From: Vicugna vicugna | Taxonomy: Eukaryota | NCBI GenBank assembly: GCA_013265495.1 | Contig: MU058213.1 | Coordinates: forward strand, 2,480,001-2,544,000 | Direction of reading: 5' to 3' | DNA length: 64,000 nucleotides | In this document: positions 52,860 to 64,000 of the stretch, one piece after another | Layout: every line of letters starts with the position of its first letter | Numbering within the stretch: the first letter of the stretch is position 1 | Notes under the pieces: generated by a model | What the model was told of the DNA's origin: nothing | Database searches by the model: none | Seen by the model: the letters and a program-made list of their open reading frames with translations, nothing else | Position numbers and translations under genes: made by a program

Positions 52860-53400
52860 AGCAGAGGGCTTTAAAGGGAGGAGATCCTGAGCTGTGCTTA
52901 AAGAAGGAGAGAGAGTAGTTATGTTCAAATGGAAATTGAGGAAGAGAGAGAACACGTAGGGGAAAATGATCAGGAGACATGGGACATCCGATATGTTAAG
53001 AAATACTAAGTAGTCTTGGTGGCTAAAGCATGAAAAGTGTTGGAGAGTAGAGATAGAAGTTAAAGCTGTAGTCAGATTGCCATTGGTTGGGCAAGTCATG
53101 TTAATAAGTTGAAACTTCTCTATGCTAATGAATGTGTGACGAGCCATTGATAGTTTTAAAGCAGTGGTTTGAAATATTACAGTCTCGGTTCTTAAAAGAT
53201 AAATTAGGTGGTAATATAGACGATGAATTGGAAGAGGGAGAAATGGAGGCAAATAGATAAACTGACGACTTAGTTCAGCTCTTGAGGCAAGTGAGGGTAA
53301 AGACCTGAACTGGGGATGTGACCGCAGGAGCAGGGCAGGGACAGGCAAATGCCACAGGTCTGTCAAAGGAAGAACGCACAGGAGAGTAGAAAGGAGAGGC
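52860..53400 (-). mobile_element. Degenerate L2 fragment
   Basis: Purine-rich antisense L2-like motifs (gagccattga...ttttaa; gaggcaagtgagggtaaagacctgaact). Confidence 0.5.
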
Positions 53401-55620
53401 TGCTGTGGGTTGTGGTAGTGGCCGGTGACCAAGTCTGCTGTCTGGACTCAGGGCCAACTAGTGAAGTTTTTTATTCACCCAGGATTTATGTAGGAAAGAG
53501 CCACAGAAGTATTTCCAAATGCACCAAAAATAACATAGAAAGGTAGCAAAGTAAAATAAAAACACAGACTGTAGAAGAATGTGTTTAACTACTAAGTAAA
53601 TAGAAGCTTTGAGTTATTTTTTCTAGCATGAACGTATCTATTATTTCCATAGGTAATAGTAAAAAAAAAAAACATTTGGAACTAGCTTATCATATACAAA
53701 ATAAGCAAAACATCTAAAACAGATATCAGAATAATATCTCAGACCCCAATAATAGATAGAAGACAGTCTATCTTAAAAAAATCTAAAAAAAAAAGATAAT
53801 CATCTTCGGTGTAGAAGTAGAGCTTGGAAAGAAGTAAATCTTGGGATTTAAATTTAAAGATAGACCATTGCATAAAATATGAAGATAATGATTTTAACTG
53901 TAAATATTTTAAGGCAAAATCAATCAGCTTAAACAACAACAAAAGAATCAGTTGTGAAGACATTTTCAATGCTTGGGAATGTCTGTTATTGTCATAAGAA
54001 AAAGAATGAAAAAGAAATATATATGGTCAAGAAGCATAAGATCTATTTGTGATTGTGTCTTTGATTTATTTCATGTTTTAGGACATATTTCCTAATCTCT
54101 AACTTTCCTAAGTCTAAAGGGAGAGTAATCAAAGTCATCTTTATGTCTATTTTAAGTATCCAAAAAGCTGAATATTTGTTGCTTCTTTATTGCAGAGATC
54201 ATGAGCTTTGGGAAAACAGCTCAGGGCTCTAATTCTGACCACCAAGTCCTCATTTGTAAAATGAGAACAGTAACAACCAAATAGGAATTTTGTGAGAAAC
54301 TAATGTTATTCATGTTTTTAAAAAAATGCATAGTATACAGAACAGTTCCCATTGATTTTATTTCAAAAATTTATTTAAATTTTTATCTTTCTTAAAATAA
54401 TCATATTCAACCTCACAGGACTACTTAAAGTAGAAAATGACAGTTCTAATGTTTATGCATCATTTTTGTGAAGAAAATAAATAAAAACCAAAAATAAAAC
54501 TCCCTCCCCTGAGCCTTACAAATTTTCAGTAGTTGGGTGTTACTTTTTTCCAGCTCTTATTTTCTGCACATGTAAGTTTAGAAATTCATTTAATAAATTT
54601 TTTTATAAAATATAAGATCACGATATGTACAACAATCTGTAATTTGTTTACATAAAACTGCCTGATAGGCATCTTTTCATGTCAGTTTAGCAGATCTACC
54701 TTGTCCTTTTTAGTAGTTTCTTATTATTCTGTAGTTTGGTGTAACATCATGATGCTGCAGTCCATGGAGGGGACTCCTGAGGCACAGGAGAGGGTTTGGA
54801 AATAACATAGTTATTGGAAGAATAAGAACCAGAAGCCTGTAGAGGGTCATCAGGTTACTTGGAAATCAGCTTCGTACAGGTCCTGAATTTTGATCAATTT
54901 GTTATTGTTGTTTTCTAGCCTGGAGTGTTTTTAGTAAAAAATTTTTACTATTATTTTAATTGAAATGCCCTTGATTATTAAAGAGGTGAGCATCTCTTGT
55001 CTATGTTTACTAGGCATTTGTGGTTTTTTTAGATTGTTCATCTTAGCCATTTTTTCCCTAATATTTCTCTTTTTCCTATACATTTGTAACAATTCTTTTC
55101 ATATTTATAATAGTATCCCTTTGCCTTTTATATATCTTGTGTATATTTTCTGGTGTGTTATTTCTATTTTAAATAGTTGTTTGGTTTTGGCTTAGGTTTT
55201 GGTTAAATCATCAACAGTAGTGATGAAAACCCTTAAACCTGAGTTTTTCAGGAATGGAAACCACACTTGACATTGCTTATGCAACTGAGAAACTCCTGAC
55301 GCTAATACCTTGGTTTTAGATTCTGTGTTTTGAAGTTATCTGATTGTAGAGTCTAGATTAAAGAAAAAATATTTTAAAAGTCACTTTGAGAGTCTTTTCT
55401 TATGGTAATTACAACCATTTACTGGGGTGCATAGCTTCTCTCTTTCACCAGTTATTCTTTATTCTCCTTGAAAAGTTCATACAAATCTTACTTTCTTCAA
55501 ATAACTTCTGTGAATGACTGTGCCAGCATATTCTTCTGCATCATACACTCTTAGCTGCTGTGTTTAGTAATTTGACTTAGTGCTATAATATGCCCCTTTC
55601 CATTGCAACCCGTGTTTCTT

Positions 55621-55798
55621 TTTTTTTAATTGAGGTATAGTTGATTTACAGTATTGTTTCAGGTGTACAGCAAAGTGATTCTGTTATATATCTTCTTTTT
55701 TAGATTCTTTCCCGGTATAAGTTACTACAAGATATTGAATATAGTTCCATGGGCTGTTCAGTGACTCCTTGTTGTTGGAGCTATTTTATATAGTGGTG
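55621..55798 (-). mobile_element. Short L1 3'-end insertion
   Basis: ttttaattgaggtatagttgatttaca. TSD accc[g/a]tgtttctt at 55608-55620 and 55799-55811; the single mismatch is at a CpG. Confidence 0.85.
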
Positions 55799-56257
55799 AC
55801 CCATGTTTCTTGAAGTCACATCAACCCAAGAGTCAACAGTAGAACCAAGAGCAGCAGCCACTAGGGTATCACTGACTCTTTGCTCTTGCCCTTTGGTCCA
55901 GCCCCTCTGTATCCTCCCAGGCACAGGTGATGTTCTTCATCCTCCTTTTCTCTTTATTATCCACGTTCCTGCACCCTACGTTGCTCTTTTTCTGCCCCTC
56001 TTTGATATCACGGCAGTCACCGTCCCTGACAGCACACACCAAGTTTCATGTCACTGACTGCGCTCGATACCACACTTGTTCATGCCGCTGCTTCGCATTT
56101 CTGTACAGGCTGCAGGAGTCGGCCTCCACTGAGAAGCAGCTACTGTCATAGCCCCTGAGAACCGGGGAGGAGTTGTTGCCTTTCCAAACCTTTGATGAAC
56201 CACATCCACTGTTTTCCAGTCAGCTCTGTCACTCTATCCTCTGGTTTTCCTCTTGGG

Positions 56258-56265
<8 letters not shown>

Positions 56266-56302
<37 letters not shown>

Positions 56303-56320
56303 CACACGCACGCACGCACG
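56266..56320. repeat. (TC)n microsatellite followed by CA/CACG repeats
   Basis: About 17 TC units, then gcacacacgcacgcacgcacg. Confidence 0.9.
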
Positions 56321-57099
56321 ATGGTTTTTACTGCCATTCCTACAAGGCTGTAAACTTCTGAGGGGCCAGGACAGTGTGTGTTTTATTTAACAGTAGGTAG
56401 TCTTAGCACAATGCACAGCACGTGCTGGGCCTTCAATTAATAGCCACTTATTAACAAACGTTACTTATTAAATGGTAAATGTGTTAGCAGTCATTTGTAT
56501 TATATCACTACTTATTTTACTGCTTATAAAATTATAAAATTTTTAGATCTTTTTCTAAAATAAAGCATTGCATATTTGATTGAAGCCTCCTGTGTGCATA
56601 TGCCTCCCTGAATTCAGTTCCCTTTACTACTTGCCCAAACCTAATTATTAGAATGGAATAAGAATTATTCCCATGCATTTCTTTATATTTTTTATGATAG
56701 ATGCATGTATTTACTAGACAAGTGTGTCAGATCTGTTCTGACCATCTCCCCTAGAAGCATCAACTGATTTGCCTGGAGACAGAGGCTGAGAGCCTAAGAA
56801 AGTAGCAGCTGAAAACTGAGAAAGCTGAACATGGGAACAGGAGAATAATTGGAAATAAGGCTGTACAAAGTAGTGGGTGCTGGTGAGCACCCCAAGCATA
56901 CAGCTGGGGTGTGAAGGAATGTCCTAGGAGTCCGTGTGAATAAAATATTGACCTCCTTTAAGTAATTTCAGTCTTTAATCAGATTAAGGTCATTTCTCAT
57001 AACTCTAAAACACTATTTCCAGGAAAAAAATAACTCCTTTCTGAAAGAATACTAATATCACCCAGAGACTCAAATTGTATATATTCCTTTTATACACCA

Positions 57100-58690
57100 A
57101 ATTCTTTCAATCAAAAATAAGTACACATAATAAGAATTTAATATAATAGAATCTAGAAATACAGGTATTATAATAACTGTGATTCATATATTTAAGAAAT
57201 TAAATAACAAAATGGAAAAACAGTAGTGAATTCAAAACTGGCAAAAGGATCAAATGGAAATTCTAGAAATAAAAATTACAACAAATGTAATTAATAATTC
57301 AGTATATGGATTTAACAGTTTGTCAGATAAAACTGGAGAATTAGTAAATATGAAAAAATACCCAGAAGAAAGTTCAAGGAGACAAGAGATAGAAAATTAA
57401 GATTATTAACCAAAATTAACTATACACTGGGGTATAAAGTAAGTCTCAACAAATTTCAAAATAATGAAATCATTGATTTTTTTTTTGACATGTTGTGAAG
57501 TGTAGGTTGAAGTTTACTTAATTTTTTTGCATATGGATATCCAACTACTCTAGCAGAATGTATTGAAAAGACTTGTTTCTCTGCTGAATTAATATAACAT
57601 CTTATTGAAAATTAATTAATCTTGTATTTCAAGATACACTTATTTACTATAATTTCATAGTAAGCTATGAAGACAGGTGATGTAAGTCCTTCAGCTATTT
57701 TAAGAAACATAATTTTTACTCTTCAAGTTCTTCTGCTTAACCATGTAAATTTTAGAATGAATTGGCAATTTCTACCAAAAAAAAAAAAAAGCCTGCAGGA
57801 ATTCTGGGTGAGATTGCATTGAATCTAAAAATCAGTTTGGAAAAAATTAACATTCTAGTGACATTAAGTGTACCAGTTCATGAATACAGTGTATTTCTCC
57901 ACTGATTTAGGTTTTATTTGATGTTTTTTCCTCAGTACTTTGCAGTTTTCTTCATATAAATCTTGTATATATTTTCTTAGATCTATACATAAGTATTTTA
58001 TAACTTTTGGTGCTATTGTTAATGCTACTGTTATTTTAATTTCAGTTTCCAATAGTTCATTGCTAAAATACAGAAATACAATGATTTTGTATCTTGACTT
58101 TGCATTCTGTGACCTTGCTTGACTTTTTTGGTAGCTTTTTTGTAGTTTTTTGGAGATTTTCTATATGGCTGATCATGTTGTCTGCAAATGGAGAGTTTTG
58201 TTTCTTTTGCTATCTATGTGCCTCTTCTTTTTCTTGCCCGTTTGCAGGCTTTCAGAACTCCAGTACAGTGTTTAATGGGAGTAGTGAGAGTAAATATCAC
58301 TGCCTTAATCATTATCTTAGTATGTTGTTAGCTGTAGGTTTTTGGAGATTCTGTTTATAAGGTTAAGAAAGTTCCCTTTAATTCCTAGTTTTCATGTTTT
58401 TTAATCGTTAACAAATGTTGAGGTTTGCAAATACCTTTCTGCATCTTTTGAAATGATAGTTTTTCTCTTTAGTCTGTTGATATGGTAAATTAACATTGAT
58501 TTATTTTGGGATTTTGAACCCACATTATATTTCTGGGAACAGCCTCTTGATCACAATGTATTATCCTTTGTATACATTGCAGAATGGAATTTGTCACTTT
58601 TTGTTGAAAATTTTTATGTCTATTTTTATGAGAGATAATGTTTTTTGGTTTACTTTTTTATATACTGTCTTTGTTTTTAGTATCAGGGCA
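57100..58690. mobile_element. Old L1 fragments in opposite orientations (plus ~57100-57470, minus ~57475-58690)
   Basis: Plus-strand ORF1/endonuclease-like motifs (aaatggaaattctagaaataaaaa; aagtctcaacaaatttcaaaa), then antisense ORF2 (gagattgcattgaatcta; gatcatgttgtctgcaaat). Confidence 0.7.
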
Positions 58691-59548
58691 CTGAGAACTG
58701 ATTAATACATTCTTTATTCTTGATTCCAAAAAATTAAAATAAACAATTTCCTCATTGTATGAGCTTAAACACTCTAATTATATTTCTTACAATTTTGTTG
58801 CTGTGTATCTGTTACATAAAATTTAATATCCTACAAATTGTGGGATATTTGTCACTATCAACGAATGAAACCTTTTGGAATAAATTACTTGCCTAACATT
58901 TTTATATCAATAGAGTAGAATTTATTGCTGAAAAGGAATTTTGTATCTATCCAGGTTGTATTAATTTCTTGATCATAGTGTTCTGAGTTTAAACACTTAA
59001 TAAATGTACATCAGTATTTAAGTTTTAAAATATCAGTCGACTTTATTAGATAAATTGATTCAAGTCAGTAAGGGATATTTGATGAAACATCTTGCTTTGG
59101 TGAAAAGTTGGGCTGGAATAGTTTTATGTATTATCCATGGTCTTTTCTCTGAAGTTATAGTGAGGTCATATTTACTTAAGTTACCCTTTCTTTCAATTCA
59201 GGATTATATTACTTTTTTAATTTAGTTTCAAAGATATAAATGAATGTTAGAGCTATTTTTGTTACTTTATACATATATATATTTCCTCAATAGTTATTAT
59301 TTTTGCATGTATGTCTATAAACATATATCTGCATGCATTTTATAAATAATACACACTCTTAAGAACAGAAAATACTCTGTCTTACATACTGGCATGAAGT
59401 GAGTGTTCACAATGAAAAACATTGACTGAAATTGTTTTCACTGGGCCTATGTTAGACTATAAGCCTTATCATGAGATTCAAAACACGCACAAACAGCATA
59501 CATATTCAGCAGCAGTAGGAATCCTGTCTTTAGCTTTAGCGTGTTTGA

Positions 59549-59556
59549 TATAAAAA
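59549..59556 (+). promoter_or_regulatory. Candidate TATA box of an internal UNC13C promoter
   Basis: TATAAAAA in sequence with no recognisable repeat, 110 nt upstream of a strong-Kozak ATG whose exon ends in a consensus donor. Function is inferred. Confidence 0.4.
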
Positions 59557-59658
59557 CCCCAGCCTGCCTGTTCTAGAGTTTAATGGGTCCACCCTAGGCC
59601 ATTTTACAGGAGGAGGGAGGAATCTTTCTTGAAATAACTCACTCTAAGCAAACAGAGA

Positions 59659-59699
59659 ATGGAAGCACTCAGGCTTGTTCCAAGAAAAATGGCTCACAG
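59659..59699 (+). CDS. UNC13C: Candidate alternative first coding exon of a short UNC13C isoform (MEALRLVPRKMAH-R)
   Basis: agaATGG Kozak context, 13 codons plus AG, then CAG|GTGAGT. The phase-2 end matches exon 60102. In-frame TAA upstream at 59635-59637. No transcript evidence is available here. Confidence 0.45.
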
Positions 59700-60101
59700 G
59701 TGAGTGTGAGGTTGGTTCCTGTTACTGTATGGTACCTGCTCCTCATATTCATCTGGCCTGTCCTCAGATTGAGACATAGGAAGAAAAAGTGTTTGATAAA
59801 ACTCTAGGGGCTTTGTAGACACACACAAACACACAGCATATGACACCCATCTGGAGTCCTCAGCACCATTATGTTGATACCAGTGTGATGAAGTCTGTTT
59901 TCCTTCCACCCAGTCATTGTTTTTATCACTGCATTCTGCTGTGTAGCTTTTTCTCTATGGCATTTTATACAGCAAAATCTCATAAATAAAAGTACTTATG
60001 AACTATATGATCACTACTGTGGTATACGCAGAATGTGAAGTGTTTTGGTTTTTTAGGCACATTCTTCTCTTTGATGCACTAACATATGTGTTTGGTTTTA
60101 G

Positions 60102-60187
60102 GTTTCCTCAAGAACTGAACATGGGAAAAATTAGTGCTGAAATTATGTGGACCCTTTTTGCTCAGGATATGAAATACGCACTTGAAG
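60102..60187 (+). CDS. UNC13C: UNC13C (Munc13-3) internal coding exon, MUN domain; 86 nt, phase 2 to phase 1
   Basis: G+[28 protein letters not shown]+G, a conserved Munc13 motif. Branch point CACTAAC at 60077-60083, acceptor TTTTAG ending 60101, donor GTAATT at 60188. Confidence 0.96.
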
Positions 60188-60774
60188 GTAATTACAGATA
60201 TCTTACTACAATGCACTTCTTAGTTAAATCCTGATTTTGTGTTTCTGGTTTTAAGTGTAAGGAATTGATGCATCAAAACATAGATCTTGTGATCAGTTGA
60301 GTTCTAAAACTTATTTCCACATTGTAGAAAGAGAAAGATCTCAAAGTATTTAAGAGCCCTAAAGAAATACATTTTTAATCAGACGGTTTAAATTGCATGA
60401 TAATGGTATGTATTTCATTTGTAGGATAAACTGGGAAGCAGGAATACTTTATGGCATAAATCAGACCATTTTGAGAGGACAGATGGGTGATACTAGTTCA
60501 GATGTTTGTCTGCATAAACTTTGACCTGGTATTCAATGCCTAGTTAAAATCTGGCCAAAGCCTGTGCAAGGACAGTGGCAAGGCTCTTCACCAGAAACTC
60601 CACTTTCAATAAACCTAAATCATATAATGTAAAGCAAGGGAAATACAGTTTTCAGCTGAAAAACTATGAATTTCTTTGATCGCTCACTTGGTGTTTAGAG
60701 TTAGTGGTAGAATCATTAACTAGCCTAGGGTTCCTCCTCCAGGAACTTAACAATCTGGTAGAAAGTTTTCTCTG

Positions 60775-61380
60775 CAGTTATTCAACAAATATATATTGAG
60801 CCTCTGCTTAACTGCCCTTGACTGCACTCAGTGTGGAGGACACAACAGTGAACAAGATAGCCCTCAACAAAATTCTGGGGGGTAGCTGTAAGGCCACGGA
60901 CGATGGCAGTGTGGGGTGGTCAGGGCTGACGATGACGGTGTGTCTGGAGGTGAAGCACCTAAGTCAGCCCTGGGACAAAAGGACAGGTGGGCCTTCTGGA
61001 GGAACTTCCTCTGAGGAAGTATGATCTTGACAAAGACCAGACGTGTAAGTTGAAGTTGGCTTTGGAAAGAGATGAGCAAGAAGTATCTCTGTCTTGTTGC
61101 AGTCAAGGACAGAGCATTAGCAAGTAGAGTGCTCACAGGGTGCATTCGAGAACAGAGAACTCAGCAGGCCCTGTGAGCAAGTGCTAGCAGGAAATGAGGC
61201 TGGCAAACTGGCAGGGACCAGCTGGCAGTGCCTCAGGGGCTGTGGTGAGGAGTTTGACTCTCTGCTAAGAGAAACGAGAGGTGATAAAGGGATTTCAGCA
61301 GGGACACATCCTGCTCAGATTTGCAACTTGGAAAAGCATTGTGACTACAGTGTGGAAGGTCGATTGGCAGAATATGACTG
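60775..61380 (-). mobile_element. L2 fragment
   Basis: ttattcaacaaatatatattgagc...ggacacaacagtgaacaagatag...gtgaggagtttgact. Confidence 0.6.
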
Positions 61381-64000
61381 GTTCAGAGTTCGTGCTCATT
61401 TTGCCACTGTTTTTTTTTTTTTTTAGCATCACTTAAATGTGAGCTCACTGCTGGGGCACATAGAGGGAACCTACAGTGCTTGTCCTTATTTGAAAAAGAA
61501 GGCAGACATTCTATTTTAATACCTGGTTTTCTGGTAAAGTCTAGGTCTCCTATGAATTAGCTAAATTCAGTTTATCCCTGAGATTACTCTAGAACATGCT
61601 CGGAGATAACTCCTTATTCTGCAATAAAGTGTTCCTTCTCCCTTACGTTAATCAGTCCTGCTTTCTGTACCTTTTATCCCACCCCGCTTCAGCTATCTCT
61701 TTGGGACCCAAAATGCCTCTTAAGTCAGACAGGAACCACCAGTCCAATAGGCCAGTAAGTGCCTTCAAATAGCCTTTACTCCCCTAGTCCTCTGCCCCTT
61801 CCTCCCCCTCCTAGACTAGCAGTCATCTCGAACTTTTTGGATCAATATAGAATTTTTAATCGTCCCTGTCAAAACCCGCTTCTTGCCCCCTGCCTCCCTG
61901 TTGCAATTACTGGCCCTGCGTTCATCCAGTTACTAAAGTCAAACATAGAAGATTCCCGTGGATTCCTTTATTTTCCCCAGCACACTGAAAGTTCGTTCTT
62001 GCCTTCGGGCTTTTTCTGCCAGCAGGTCTCCTGGATTTCTTTCCCACCAGTCTTCCCAAGCAGACCTGTAGGGCTCCCTTAACGACAGACGCCACCTCAG
62101 GATCTAAAGTCACCTCCATGAATAACCTTACTTTAATCCTCTGCGTAGCAACTTGTTACCAGCTTCTAGTTCTTTGCTTACTGAGGCTTACTTCTTACCT
62201 GCCTTCCTTACTACGATGCATATTTCTTGGCTGTGATATTTATCAACGTGTCTGTATTGCCCAGAATGATGCCTAGAAAATAGGGGCTACCTAATAGCTA
62301 TGTGCAGAATCAGCGAACGCTTTACCAGGTAAACCCCCACTCAGTGGAGCGTTAGGAAGGGCAGGGGAGACTTCCATTTGTGATCTTTTTGCTACGTGAT
62401 CTTGAGAGCATTCTCAGAGGTCAGCAGCTTTGTGTTTCATTGTTGTCACCTAAAAAATAAAAAGTTCACACTGGATCCGAGGGCTGGGCAGTGGGCAGAG
62501 GGACTCCTGCTCACATTTCAGAGGACCTTGACTGTTCAGGACCCATCCATACATTTTGTGTGGGCAGGGCCTCTGTCTTTATGTTCATGACAACATTTAT
62601 GCAATCATTGGCTATTTTATTTTTATGCTACCTTTGGTTTAAAAAATTAGTAGTAATTTTAGACAGCTAAGTATAATATTTATGTTAAATGTAAATCTGG
62701 AAAACATAATGTTTGTTTGAAACAACAATGAATGCTACACATAAAGCACTATAACTTTGCTTGGAGGTTTATTGATTAGAGGTTAATAACTATACAAGAA
62801 TAATATCCCAAAACACTGGGATTGTGTTATCAAATATCAGGTCCAAGATCAAGGGTAATTAATAATTTTGTGATTATCTTAGGGGTTTTTTTGGAGACAA
62901 GAATCTTTTCCTTAACACGTGTTTTTATTTGTTTTACTTTTTAAATAGCAGCCTAATTGAGATATTATTCACAGATTATTCAGTGCACCTCCTTAAAGCG
63001 TACTGTTCACTAGTTGGCACACTCACATACGTTTTCAGGAAGGCGTGATGGAGTACAGGAGTAACTTGGATTGCAGTCCGTGGCTTAGGTATCTTCCTCT
63101 ACACCAGATGAGAAGGCTTATGAGTACAAAGATAGTCTCTATCATCTTTGTATTCACTGAATCTTAGTAGACACTCAGTATGTATTAGTTCATTTGAATC
63201 AAATTGCAAATGGGACAGCCCTCTACAAAGAATCTTGGAGACAAAGTCAGAAGCTTACTGTGTTGAAACTAAGCAGTGGTAATGTTGTGAGTTGGGGGAC
63301 AGCAAGAGATCTGAGTCTGGGAAACCCAAATTCTGGAAGCTTTATCACTTAGGAGCTGCACTGGCTTGTACAAGTAATGTATAATGACTCTAAACTTTAG
63401 TTGTCCTTCAAAAAAAAAATCTGGTAAGAGTTCCCAGGTTGGTGTGACAGTTACTCGGTACCTTAAACATACTTTGCAAACTCTCACACGCTGTGCTAAT
63501 GGGAGGAGACTGTTACTATATAAAGGGAGAGATCTGTCCAAGTCTCAGAACAGTCTCCTTGAGGGGTCATTTAAGGTTTGAAACTCCTAGGAGATTGTTT
63601 ACAAATGCACATTCATCTGTTCACTGCCTCTCCCTCCTTGCCTCCCACCGCTTGAGTCTAATCAGTGGCTTTGTCCCATACCCTTTTTTAAGAATGTGGC
63701 ATGAATAATAATTCTTAGAGAAAATGAGGACTAGGAATACCTCACAGAGTAGAGTGCATGCATTTAAAAATGTTGCTCTGGCAGGCTCTCGTGCACATGG
63801 TAGCAATGTTCTTACTCTCCCTATTTGCTTCATAGAATGTTGTTAAAATTAATTGACTGTGGAGTAGTGCCTCGGGCTGTTGACCTAGAAAGACTCTGTG
63901 TTGTTATATAATTTGGGTTACGTAGTTCATCTTCTGATTAAAGCACCTGAGCCCAAGTCGTAAGCAACCTCTGATGAAGTCAGGTCAACGGAGATGAGCT

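Noticed and set aside
52827..53432. 201-aa minus-strand ORF
   Set aside because: Non-ATG start, no recognisable domain, Leu/Ser/Pro-rich composition, and overlap with a degenerate L2.
59998..60234. 78-aa ORF as a stand-alone protein
   Set aside because: Only 60102-60187 is exonic (canonical splice sites); the flanks are intronic read-through.

Overview
Mammalian, AT-rich, repeat-dense intronic DNA. It is most likely camelid, because it carries tRNA-derived vic-1-like SINEs and no Alu, B1, Bov-A2 or PRE-1 was recognised. The window lies inside UNC13C (Munc13-3, + strand) and holds two canonical MUN-domain coding exons, 36214-36347 and 60102-60187, which splice in frame across a ~23.75 kb intron. 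The rest is L1, L2, MIR, MER/Tigger, MaLR/ERVL and ERV1/ERV2 LTR remnants, several with readable target-site duplications (TSDs). The most interesting signal is a candidate internal promoter and alternative first exon ~400 nt upstream of the second exon: TATAAAAA at 59549, strong-Kozak ATG at 59659, and a CAG|GTGAGT donor at 59699/59700 that is in frame with exon 60102. It would encode an N-terminally truncated Munc13-3 lacking C1/C2B. Other points of interest are a young ERV2-like solo LTR with a perfect 6-bp TSD, an internally deleted (possibly spliced) L1 with nested insertions, and a short telomeric-repeat insertion in an old L1. Repeat family names come from recalled consensus sequences, not from a database search, and boundaries of old repeats are approximate.
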